Below, piece after piece: positions 49,725 through 61,591 of a stretch of 64,000 bases of DNA. Every line of letters begins with the position of its first letter. Position 1 is the first letter of the stretch. The notes beneath the pieces were generated by a model. It saw nothing but the letters and a program-made list of their open reading frames with translations. It made no database searches and had not been told where the DNA came from. Origin of the DNA: Anthoceros angustus (taxonomy: Eukaryota > Plantae > Anthocerotophyta); NCBI GenBank assembly GCA_010909165.1, contig VJWM01000193.1, positions 124,001-188,000 of the forward strand. Reading direction: 5' to 3'. Both the position numbers and the translations under genes were made by a program.

Positions 49725-51075
49725 TATCTTGCTGCACGTTCCCCCAATCGTGCTACGCTTTTGCCACTCTCATTCCACTGCCAGTCAACCTCCGCTCCTG
49801 CTCATCCCGAATGTCTAGCACCCCAGCGGCATCCGAATCGCAGACTTCCGGCCCTGCATATGTTACATAACAACCAGCTGCTTCCCCAACCTTTCTTGCC
49901 GCAAAATCACTTCATATATTCCTCCGCTGCCACAGCTCCAGAATCCCCTCGCCTCCTTCTCCACCTCTCCACACCTCCACTCCAGACCTAACACTCCCAA
50001 CCACCGCAAACTCCCAGATCAGCAACTCAACACGCAGAATCAAGACCACACGCTCACAGATCCAAGCCAAGAACTAGTACAAAAATCCACGCCGCTCTCC
50101 CCCGACCACGCCACGCCCACGGTTTCCACACTTTCTTAAAAGCTAACAACAAACACAAATAGCAGCTCCTTCAACCACCACACTAGAGCACCAGCACTCC
50201 CTCAACCGCACAACTATAGTATACCGCTGCCCTATCTCAAACAGGATCAGAAAGTCCTCTCCAAGCCCGCACATTCATCCATCCTCCACGGCTCCTCCGC
50301 AAAAGAGCCAGGAATTCCTCCGAGCTCCACTGCGATCTGCATCCCAGGCGACAGAGGAGCAGCGCCGGCCGGGAGCGCAGAGCAGCGGCGAGGAGAGGAA
50401 GACAAGGAAGGTTCGAGGAAGGACCAGGGGCCGGGCAGGGCCCGGAGGCCGGCCTGCAGGGCGAGGGAGCGGGGCGGGGGCGAGCTCACCTGGATCAGCG
50501 ACGATCAGCTGGCAACATGCGGCGTCATTCTGGAGCAGAATCATCAGGGCCTTGGGAAGGCACGGGGTGCAGCGATGGCGGCTGCCTCCCGCAGCTCAAG
50601 AAGGAAAAGCCGGAAGCAGGAGTGGCTCATCGGTGAAGAAAGGGGGAGGCAGCCTCCGCCCCTGACCCTGACCCTGACCTGGCCCCCGGTTAGTTAAGCC
50701 AGCCTCGGGTTACCCTCGGCGCGGGATACCCCGACGCCCCAAAGGTCCCCTGCTCCCCCGCCGTCGGATCGGGCACCACCGCGCACCAGCCGTCCACGTG
50801 GCCGCCCGGCGCGCTGCCCGAGGCCCTACCGCGCGGTCTCACCGCGCGGTGCCACCACGCGATCCGGCACCGCGCGGCTTTGACTACGCCCGCATTCCGT
50901 GTTGACTGTGATGAGAGCTCGATCAACCCCACACCTTGCGTCTCGCCGGGCCGCTGGGCCCTTTCCTCCGAGTATCGGTGTGCGACTCAAACGCGTCTCG
51001 ATTCGTATGTTTTGTTTACATTTGTATGTTGAGAAACGGCTCCTTGTGAACGAGGATCTGGCTGGACTTTTTATT

Positions 51076-52306
51076 CTATGGAAACAGCAGAGCCTTGGCC
51101 ACCTCCTGCATTTCGGGCCGATCGTGAGGATCGTTGCAAGCGCAGCTGATGGCCACAGATGCAAGTCTGAGGAGTTCTTTGGGGCAAAAGCTCTGTCCCA
51201 GCTTGGGATCCGCCAGGCAGGTGATTTCTCCATCAGCATGAAGCTGTCGTGCTGATTGCAGCAGCGATGGCTGGAGGTCTGAGGCCGTGGCCGTTGCAGT
51301 TGCAGTTGCAGGTTTCCTCCCGCTCACAAGTTCCAGCAGTAGCAGCCCGAAGCTGAAGACATCGCTTTGGGTCGAGAATGTTGCTCCTGATGATTCCTGG
51401 AGCTCCGGGGCGAGGTAATCGCAGCAGCTGGCCTTGAGCGGGGCGTCGCCTTCCAGCAGGTTTTGGAATCCGAATTCGGCGAGTGTGGGGTGGAAGTTGG
51501 AGTCCAGGAGGATGTTGCTTGCCCTAAGTCCGCCATGGACTGTCCCGGGATCACGGTGCAGATGTCTGCCATCAATCCAAGAAGGAGAAGTTCAGAGAAC
51601 TACCAGAAGAGACATCACTCACAGTTTGGCTGTGGCAACCTCCGGCTGAGATGTGGAATGCTCTACTTACAGCAAACCCTCGGCTGCTCCAAGGGCGATG
51701 CGCACTCTTCGCTCCCAGGTGAGGACGTTCTCCGATGCTTTGTTCCCGTGGAGGTGCGCCAAGAGACTGCCGTTAGGCATGAAGTTGTGGACCAGCATCC
51801 GCTCTCCTCCTTCGACGCAAAACCCTCGGATGCTGAGCAGGTTCTTGTGACTGATCTGTGCCAGGGCGTTCACCGTTTCACAGAATTCCTGCTCAGGCTT
51901 GGTGGCCACGCCGTTCAACCGCATCACAACGATCTGCCGCAACACAACCAGAATCCGGCAAGGAGGAGATGAAATGTCACATTTTCATGAGAGATCAGGA
52001 AGCATGATTCACACACCGGGCTGGGAAGAGGGAGCAACTTCGCTTCTGTCCTCCAGTCTGCCGTGGTAACTTGGACCGAGGGATCCTTCTGCGGTGACCA
52101 GGCCGTGCTCGTCCACAATTTTGGCATTCCCGCTTCTGAATCTTCTGCAGCGCAAGCACAGCATAGCTGACTGAGATTGTTCACCATCGATCTGGTTGAT
52201 CAGAATCACAAACCGTCCCCATCCGATCTCACCTTTTCTTCCCATGCTTCTTCCGCCTGACCAGGCCCAGAATGAGAGCTTTCAGCAGCTTGCTGAAGCG
52301 CGCCAT
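51076..52306 (-). CDS. Pseudokinase paralogue of the At3g15890-like RLCK, 4 exons (start 52245 or 52306)
   Basis: Same intron positions as the kinase at 38.6 kb. Exons 3-4 read open with AEGSLGPSY (Gly loop), IVVMRL (K>M), HGGLRASNILLD (D lost), EFG (DFG lost), DYLAPE, SDVFSFG and DRPEM, ending ...LLFP*. Confidence 0.8.
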
Positions 52307-53529
52307 GCCCCGGCCTCAATCCTTGCAAGTGATCTCCCGGTCGGAGAGCTTGGAGAAGGGATGGAGGATGTCCCTTCTTCAGACTGAAAACCACCGCTTC
52401 TGGCAGAAGCTTTATAAAGAAAAGCAGGGGGATCCCCCATGGTGAAGAGAGCCAGTTTCACCGTCCACCTTTACATACGTCTACTTTGTTCGCGATTAAA
52501 CCTGCTGAAGCTGCTGGTTGAGATCTTCGCGACTCTTCTGCGTCGGCCATATTGAGGTAAGGGTTGGCTGGTGCCGTGGTGGGTATAGGCGCATCGCTGG
52601 TGGGTCCTTCCCTGTTTCTGTTTCTGGGGAGCGGATGTCGGACAAGGAGTGGGAGGACCCAGATGCCGGCTTTACTTCGAAGAACCGGCGCAAGATGTGG
52701 CGGCGCGGCTATGGAGGAAGAAGAAGCAGCAGTTTCTCAGGCTTGATGGTGCAGAACGGCTGGTGGAAGCCGATGAGGGATGAGAAGCTGAAGTGCCGAA
52801 GAAGCTAGGACATCTACAGGGGCCTGCTTGAACAGAACTATCATTTCTTCTCTTCAAACGATCCTGCCAGATCCCACGTGACCACCATCGCCTTCTCCGG
52901 AAGGCATGTCGAGGTCGACTGTTCGTGCCATCTCCAAAAACTTATCCCATCTTGTCACATGACTGGAAAAATTCCGTCCAAGTGGACTATAATGTGCGTC
53001 TTCTCCTTCTTCACCAAATGTCTTAGGCCAAATGCACACACATTTATAAGAACGTTGTTTTTAAGCTTAGGCTAAATGGACAAACATTTATAACAACATC
53101 GTTATTAAGCATTTTGTGCTAGATGGGGTACCTACAGGGAGTGGATGCCCTTGGTGCAAGTAGCTTGGGCACACCATGGTACAAGTTAAGTACCAAGCCC
53201 CATGACAGAAAATTCCGTCCAAGTGGACTATGATATATTGTTCTTCTTCTTCTTCTTCTTCTTCTTCTTCTTCTTCTGCACTTTGCAGTAGTTTAGAAAA
53301 TTCTGATTTTGTGATTCTTATGTTTTATGTTAGATTTCTTTAAAGGGAGGTGAGAAAGAGTCTATATATTGTAGTTCTGATTTTATGATTCTTATATTTT
53401 ATGTTGGCATTTCTTTAAAGGGAGGTGAGAAAAAGTCTATATATTGTTGACTTGTTGAAGCTATTTTCACCAGAAAGTTTTGGGCAAATTGGCTCCTAGT
53501 ATACTTGGGACAGGGATTATATATCATAC

Positions 53530-54240
53530 CCCAAGGGCCAACTATCAAGCATAGATACCCTTAAGGGCCCAACCCTAAGAGCTAAGCATTGAGGGGAGAT
53601 CGTGTATTAGGCAATCCTTAGGGACCTTACCATAACAACCCTTTTTATGGGTTAGACAACAAAAATCGAATAACGAGTGTCATTCCAAGTACCAAGCAAA
53701 AATACCTCTAAGGGCCCACCCCTAAGAGCTAAGCATCAAGCAAGAGATCGTATATCAAGCAATCTATTAGGGCATTACAATAATAAGTCTTCTTTACGAG
53801 CTAGACAACAGGCCCTGAGATCGTATATCAAGTATCACGCCCAATCCAAGTACCATGTAGAGATCATCTCTAAGGGCCCACCCCTAAGAGCTAAGCATGG
53901 AGCAAGAGATCATATATCAGGTACCTCCCAATAGCCTTACAATAGCAGCCCTTTTGCGCGCAAGACAATAGAGATCATATATCAGGTATCAGGCATACCC
54001 TAAAGGCCAAGTATCGAGCAGAGATCACCCTTAGGGGCTAAACATCGCGAAGAGATCAAATATTAGGCAGCCTCTAATGGCCTTACAACAGCAGGTGTAA
54101 CATGGAGCTGCACTTCTCTCCTGCACCGCAGAGATCATATATGAAGACACCCCTTAAGGGCCTTACAACAACGGCCTTTTTTGTGGGCGAGTCAACAGAG
54201 ATCATGTATGATTAAGTACCAAGCAGAACCCTTAGGCCTA
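53530..54240. repeat. Degenerate tandem array, ~150-165-bp units, about 4-5 copies
   Basis: taagggccc.ccctaagagctaagcat...gagatc.tatat...ccttacaa recurs near 53560, 53707, 53871, 54030 and 54150. Confidence 0.75.
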
Positions 54241-54391
54241 ATTTTAAATTGCTAGCATGCTAGGGTGGACAGACACACAATTTATGATAGGTTTAAAAGC
54301 AAATACAAAGTTTAGGGATTGGCTTAAATTAAAACTTTGAATATCTAACCAAATATGGGATTGGTGCAGGACTCAATTAAATCAAGCATGC

Positions 54392-55417
54392 ATGCTTGGC
54401 ATGCCGGTGGGGGTACATATTTGGGGGCAAATGCAACCGGGTTATGAGAGCATTCTCACAGTCGAGGCACTGCAATTCGTGGCCGATCTGCAACGAATAA
54501 TGAATCCAAGGGTGAGGGATGCGATGCAGCTCCGACAAGAGGAACATGCGCGTTTCGCCGCGGGCGACATCCCAGGATGGGATCCAGCGACGCAAGAAAT
54601 CCAGCAAGGAAACTGGATATGCGAGGCCGGCATGCCGCACGTCCTAATGCTCCGACAACGAGTGCAGATCACGTTCTCAGGTCCCGTATCGCGCAAGATG
54701 ATTATTGACAGGCTAAACGGAATCCAATCCGATTTTGATGTCGAGTGTAGAACGTTCAAGAAGGATTATGAGGCACCCACCTGGGACGACATAATACATG
54801 TGCACATCAACCTCCGGGATGTGGTAGCCGGCACCATCACCCATTACGACCCTGAGCAAAACAGGACTTACACACTCGACGACGACCCCACGGGCGTGTT
54901 GATGGTTTGCCCTCGCCCCTGGCATCTAACGGAGGCAAACATGGAGGTGGATGGCGAGCCCACCATAGCCGCGCTCTTCGACTTTGGGCTCTACTTCTAC
55001 CACAATCATGCCGCCTTCAGAGGCAAGCACTGCGGGTGCGGTCCCTTCTTCTACCTCCCAAAGATGGAGCACTTTCGGGAGGCTGCCATCTGGAATGCCG
55101 TGTTCGAGGCCGCGGAGATTGCAGTTGGTGCTCCCCAGGGTTCGATCCGCGCAACTACGCTCATTGAGACCCTCCCAGCCGTGTTCCAGATGCATGAGAT
55201 GCTCTACGAGCTGCGGGAACATTCTGGTGGGCTCGTCTACGGCAGCTGGCCATGGGACTTTACCTTCTCCAATAACCATGCCGACCAGCACCTTTCAGAT
55301 ATGGAACTAGACCACATAAGGCAAGACTTTCTGAGAAAAAACTTTATTCTCCTTGCCGCGACTTGCCACTTGCGCGGCGTCCAAGTTGTTGCACCGCATT
55401 ATCGGCTGCCGCCCTGA
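54392..55417 (+). CDS. Intronless, C-terminally truncated malate synthase (MSA-type) homologue, 341 aa
   Basis: ILTVEALQFVADLQR, GPVSRKMII, PRPWHL, DFGLYFYHN, GPFFYLPKMEHFREAAIWN, GSIRATTLIETLPAVFQMHEMLYELR and TCHLRGV follow plant malate synthase. The ORF stops before the C-terminal domain. Confidence 0.88.
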   Translation: MLGMPVGVHIWGQMQPGYESILTVEALQFVADLQRIMNPRVRDAMQLRQEEHARFAAGDIPGWDPATQEIQQGNWICEAGMPHVLMLRQRVQITFSGPVSRKMIIDRLNGIQSDFDVECRTFKKDYEAPTWDDIIHVHINLRDVVAGTITHYDPEQNRTYTLDDDPTGVLMVCPRPWHLTEANMEVDGEPTIAALFDFGLYFYHNHAAFRGKHCGCGPFFYLPKMEHFREAAIWNAVFEAAEIAVGAPQGSIRATTLIETLPAVFQMHEMLYELREHSGGLVYGSWPWDFTFSNNHADQHLSDMELDHIRQDFLRKNFILLAATCHLRGVQVVAPHYRLPP

Positions 55418-57829
55418 ACCATAGAATATGATGAAAATCAAGTATGTTGTGCCTTAGCAACTCTACTAAAAACAGCTGCTTTTGGACACCTGGATATAAC
55501 ACTCATATTGCTATTTTGGGGCTACATAACACTTTTTGGGCCCCTTGTTACACTTCGGCTTGGAAACCAGAGCTTTTGTTGTAATCATGTTGCAATTATG
55601 TTGAGATGAAGTGAGAGGTGCCTTTGTCCTCTCTCAAGATTGTAACAAGATTGCAACGTCTAAAGTGTTACAAGAAAAGTCTTGTAACAATTTTCTAGGC
55701 TTGGTGCCTAACCTCCTCCCCATCTACCATTGCCCTTTTACTTTTGCCCTATGGAATACCATATTTTACTTAGTGAGATTGATTAAAATTCGAGGCTACT
55801 AGTTCGAGTCATGCTTGTTTATTTTGGCCAGCATAGTTTGTGTTGTATATTTTGGCCAGCATAGTTTGTGTTGTAAAAGTGATAGATAATTGGTTCGGTT
55901 TCAAGTCCTCTTATTCTAATAATTCGTAATCTTGGACTCAAAATAATGGAAATTATTTTCAAATTTCAACGATTTTCTAAGCACGCTGTTTGAAATTACC
56001 CATGCCCTAATATTCATGATTGCAAATTGTACTGGAATTGGAACGGTGAAGAGAGACATGACACAGCCAAGTTTCTTCCCTATTCTCGAGCTCACTACAG
56101 GCCGCGACTATCTTCCTATGGAGGTCATAGCAAATGAAAACGTGTTTTGTACGTTGGACACCATCTTTGTGAGCGACCAAGGCTGCGTTGTCATCGGAAG
56201 TGTCAAAGGTGGTGTGTTCTTTCTCATTCTTTTGTGCAAGCAAGCAACACATGGCCTAATATATGTAAGTCATAATGTGCATGGGTGCACGACAAGTGGT
56301 TGTAAGCCCTAGTGTTAACGCGGACGCATGCACACCGGCGCTCACAGAAAACATATATAAGGACGCCGGCATGCCAGCGCCCTATGGAGGAGCAATACCT
56401 GTCTAGGTATGGTGGTTGGCGCCGGCTTGCTAATGCCCATACCGAACCCCTCCGACATGTTTACAATACGATGTCATAGACGGATCAAAAATTGGCCCTG
56501 AAGTCGTTACTCGTGAAAGAATTTAGAAGTCGAAGGGCGCCGGCATGCCGACGTCCTTTGCACAACACAAAGTTCGACAGAATAGTATGTAACCCTCGAC
56601 CTACAGAAGTGCGCCCTAACCCGCACGCTCATCAAAACAAGGCTGAGACCCTAAACCCTAGGGTTAGGGTTATACTAATGAAGGCGCCAATATGCTAGCA
56701 CCCTATGCTCTTATAGAGATAGCCTGATTAGAATAAAGGATTTCCGCTTGGGCGTCAGCATTCCTGCGCCTTGTCACCCACTACTAGGAAAACTATCACT
56801 TTACTACCCCTTCAATACTAAAGAGAGGGGTTTTTAGGCCGTCCGTTTATTTTACAACGGGGGTTTTCAAGCAATGTATGATTTTCATATAGAACTTAAT
56901 ACTTTACAACATGTGTTTAACTTTTTACAACTAATGGTATTTTTGTACTATGTATTTTGTCGATGTGGCACTCTTTAGGGCTTTTTACAATGGAGGTTTG
57001 AAAGATTACAACAAACTTTAGTTTTGAACATTGGCGTGTTACAATGGCCTCTCCTATATTTACAATATGGTGTTTGTTTACAACGATGGCCAATGTTTTA
57101 CAACATGGGGTTTGCACCACCGTCTACTCTATTTATAATGCTGTGTCTTTTTACAATGTTATGATGCAATTAACAATATGACTTTTACAACATGGAATAC
57201 GCAATTTACAAGAGTGTGACTTTTGCAACAATGGCGGGTGTGTTACAACAGAACTTTTACAACAACCAATACGTTTTTTATAACCGAGTCTCTTTTACAA
57301 CGATAACTTCAATTTTACAACAGTGCTTTTACAATACATAAATCCAAATTTATAACACATATGATCTATTTTATAATTATCTTTGATTTACTGTTATAAC
57401 TTATGTTGTAAAGGGATTTTGTTGTAAAGGGCCATGACTATTTCCCTCGTTGGTTGTCGACGTTATGTTAAATTACCCTAAGATTTTCCTGTGTAACTGG
57501 CATTGTAAAATGGAAGTGGGGTTATAAAATGTAATTGTTTTTACAAAAAGTATGAGCAAAAAAAATTTTAATTTCACACAATTTCAATTGTAAGCTACAT
57601 AGTAAGTCAATGGGAAACAAACTTTCCAAATCCTTTCACAAGCTAACAAACTCAAGTAGAATTTAAGGGTAACATGGCTCTCCTTTTATTCATCCATGGA
57701 GCCCGGTGGAGCCACATTGCATCCATATTTTCTTCAAAGACAACGCGTTTTCCACGTGCAGTAGTTGTGGGCAACGGACTTCCCTTGGGGTTAGGAAATA
57801 AGTTGGGTTTTGTTTTTTTCGTAGGTCCG

Positions 57830-60171
57830 AGGCAGAAAATAAGGCGTAAAGGAAGGAATAGGTTCGGAATACTCCGGACTACACTCCGGAGTGAGTCGGG
57901 ACTCGAGTACACTCGAGGAGCCAAGGATCGACGTCAAGGCGGCCGGACCGCATGTAAGTGTCGAGTAAGTCCGAACACCCGGGCAGGATAGGATAAATAC
58001 GCCAAGTAAAGTAACTTAAGGGTTTGGGCGTGAGCTAGGCCACGGACGGTGATCGGGAGGAGGACGGGCAGCCGGACTGTGACCGTGGGGGTGCGGTCAG
58101 TTATAGCGGTATTCACGCCCAAGTACAAAGGCGGCGGCGAAGACTGAGTACGCGCGTGAGAGCGAGTAAGCCAAGGTGAGAGTAAGCCATGCAGACCTCG
58201 CAGCCACGAGGAAGGGGCACCTCCGCCCCGACTACTCCCGACGACGCGGCCGACGGGGAGGGTCATTTCTCTGTGCGACCTCAAGACAATTTCGCAGCCC
58301 TCCGCAACCCCGCCCGGGCGCTTATCTCTCCGCCAGCACCTCGCACGGCTCACCTTTGCGGTTGGAGCAGCGAACGCGGCGAAGAGGGAGCATCGTGCCA
58401 GCAATCATGGACAATCGCCTACAGCGGAGTAAGAAGAAGGAGGTGATGGGACCCAAGAAAGTGCAGGAAGTGAGGCCACCTTGACGGCATCAAGGAGTCC
58501 GCCCACTGGGCCAGCCACGAGACGGGCCAGGCCGACAACATGCCCACCGGAGCACCTCTGGAGGAGGGGAGACGGTGCTCCGGCTCATGTGGAGGAGGCG
58601 ATTCAACAAGTCGATTCCGACTACCATTACCACGCATGAGCTCCTCAAGGCTCGAGGTCCCGCGCCACCCCAGGCGGGGGAGGCGGACTTCAAGGGGTGG
58701 AAGGAGGAGCAAGGAGGAGGGACCGGCTGCAGCCACGGGGACCCTAGGAGCTGCTTGATGACGGCAGCAGCTGCAAGGGAGAGCAGCGGAGGAGCCATGG
58801 AGGAAGGGTCACTACACCGGAGGTAAGCACTCGGCACCCTCGCACTCAAGGAAGGAGGAGGATCTGGGAGGCCGTGGAAGGGGCGAACCGCATTCGGGAA
58901 CCAAGGAGGGCTCGGTGGATCAGCCCGTGATCACCCTGAGGGGTAACCAGAGCCTGTGGGTCCGGACTGAGGAAGGCCGGCTCAAGTCCGGCCCTGCAGA
59001 AGTCCGGACTTAGAGATCCAGACTCTAGTAGCGAGACCGGACCCCGAGGTCCTGACTCGGGAAGGTTGGGTCCGTAAGACCGGACCCAGGCAAGTCCGGA
59101 CCCCGAGGTCCAAACTCCGAAAGAAGGTCGGACGCAGGGACCGGACCCAGGGAAGACTGACCTAGAGGTCCGGACCGAGACGAGACGGGTCCCGAGGTCC
59201 AGACTGTGGAGTGGGGAGAGCCACCAATCACCAGCCCCACAGATCACTTTGAGGCCCGCGCAGGGGCCCGCCAGAGAGATAAGAGAGGAGGGGAGGAGGA
59301 CTTAGTGGTGATCGGCCGATGTCGCCGCCACGGTTACGATAGACCTCGGGAGAGGAAGGGGTCCGCCTGGATCATCCGATTGGGTGCGCCTCGTGCTCGG
59401 CTTTGGGCCGGTGCCAAGATGTAATCAAGGGCCATCCCTACCCACCACCACGCGGAGATAGGAGGAATAGGGAGAATAGTAGGCGGGTTAGGGCACCGAG
59501 CTGGCCCCTCACCGAAATAGAGGTGTAATAAAGGCGCCGACCGGCGTAGTATAAGAGGGCCGAGTCGCCGAGTAAATCATCTTCTCTTGGTGTTGATGCT
59601 GCTTCCTGCGCACTTATGCGCCTTCTTGCTAACGTGAGTCCCGAGTTATGAGTGCACGACCGGAGAGATCGATCAAGGTCCCGTGACGGACCCTAACGTG
59701 TAGTGGTGTGTGCGTGGAAGAGCGATCGGGACCCTTGTTCGCAGCGCCCGCCACAAACGGACCGGGAGCGAGGAACTCGAGAGGGCGGCAGAGTCTTGGA
59801 CGGAGAGACCCGAGAGCGATTTGAGGAGGTCCGGACTATGCGCACTCGCTTCCCAAGGTTGATGAGTGTAGTGGGAGTGGTGAGAGGAACGGACTAGAGG
59901 AACGAGTGACGAGCGTGAGCGATACGGACGCGAACGGGTCCTTAAACGTTTGGCCACACCGGGCCTGTTCGGTGGACGTTACGAGTAGTTAGGCGCAAAA
60001 TGACGAATGTGTGTGTTGAGGCTGAACGGTCACAAAGTGAGGTGAGAATCGATTGAAACGCGGCAAACGGAGCCTATCATTCTCTTGGGAGCGGACTCCT
60101 TACTACAACGACACGGGATTGTGCGCGCCCGGCTGGCCGTCAGCGAAAGTCGCGCCACAGTAGTCCCGACA
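57830..60171 (+). mobile_element. GC-rich LTR-like insert inside the CACTA element (5' boundary unclear)
   Basis: Abrupt GC-rich non-coding block that interrupts the transposase frame at 60171/60172 and ends ...cccgACA. TATA-like tataagaggg near 59550 and internal ggtccggac repeats at 58950-59210. No TSD found. Confidence 0.55.
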
Positions 60172-60319
60172 ACCACTTTATTGTCATACAAAAAAGTTTG
60201 AATTAGTTTGGGTGACACAAGGGTAAAGGGATCATCTTGAACTCTGGTAGAAGGATACAAAGATCTAGGGTTCACTATGTGCATTCCAGAACTGTCCTTC
60301 TTCAATCCCTTGCTGTGAT

Positions 60320-61591
60320 CCTTTGCATCCTCATAAACTGGTTTGAACCACTTAACCTTTAAAAAATTAGCTGTTGATGACAACCCAAAGTCAACCTTTA
60401 AAATTTTCTGCATTATTCCAACATATGGTATTTGATCTTCAATATCTGTGCATGTCTGACTACTAAGGAAATTTTGTTGTATTATACAATCAGTTGTAAG
60501 TTTCCCTACATCAGAAGATTCTGTCCTTATGTGATTTCCATATGCCCACATCATTGAATATGATTTTGCTACAGCTGTGGGGCCATTCACTAGTCCATAT
60601 CGTCCAGCCATATTCATTCAAAAAAAGGTCCGATGAAATAGCCCCTTTACTTCATTTTGTAGCCAATCCACAAAAGACATGTTCGTATGAACTCCATCAT
60701 ATACTAGTCTCCACTTTTCCGTGAAAACATAATTTTCTAGCATTGTTGTCGTAATTTGTTTGCGTTCTACCTCTGACAGGTTATATTGCTCACCTTTTCC
60801 GTGTAACACCTGTCCACATTGTTGTTCAATACTTGTTGCGGTCCACATACAGCATGGCCTATCATCACATTGTTGGCCTATACATTCAGCACAATAATAC
60901 ATAGATTCTTGTGCGAGATATCCCCTTGCCATGCTACCTTCCGCTTTTAGCCCTTTGCATCCTCATAAACCGGTTTGAACCACTTAACCTTTTAAAAATT
61001 AGCTGTTGATGACAACCCAAAGTCAACCTTTAAAATTTTCTGCATTATTCCAACATATGGTATTTGATCTTCAATATCTGTGCATGTCTGACTACTAAGG
61101 AAATTTTGTTGTATTATACAATCAGTTGTAAGTTTCCCTACATCAGAAGATTCTGTCCTTATGTGATTTCCATATGCCCACATCATTGAATATGATTTTG
61201 CTACAGCTGTGGGGCCATTCACTAGTCCATATACGTCCAGCCCATATTCATTCAAAACAGTGTCTGATGAAATAGCCCCCTTTACTTCATTTTGTAGCCA
61301 ATCCACAAAAGACATGTTCGTATGAACTCCATCATATACTAGTCTCCACTTTTCCGTGAAAACAGAATTTTCTAGCATTGCTGTCGTAATTTGTTTGCGT
61401 TCTACCTCTGACAGGTTATATTGCTCGCCTTTTCCCTGTAACACCTGTCCACATTATTCTTCAATACTTGTTGCGGTCCACATACAGCATGGCCTATCAT
61501 CACATTGTTGGCCTATACATTCAGCACAATAATACATAGATTCTTGTGCGAGATATCCCCTTGCCATGCTACCTTCCGCTTTAGCCCTTTG
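60320..61591. repeat. Tandem duplication (~633 bp x2) within the CACTA transposase
   Basis: ORFs 60030-60932 and 60992-61444 repeat the same protein segment. CCTTTG occurs at 60320, 60952 and 61586. Confidence 0.92.

Noticed and set aside
56648-56669. Head-to-head telomere-like CCCTAAACCCTAGGGTTAGGG
   Set aside because: There are only 2-3 imperfect units, consistent with a common telo-box motif and too short to indicate a chromosome fusion.
56850-57560. CRISPR-like reading of regularly spaced short repeats (also 53530-54240)
   Set aside because: The context is eukaryotic, the repeats are short or degenerate with irregular spacing, and there are no cas genes. CACTA subterminal repeats and a satellite explain them.
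58078-60034. TGTGACCG...CGGTCACA inverted ends as LTR boundaries
   Set aside because: No TSD is present, and the GC-rich block extends beyond both positions (to ~57830 and 60171).
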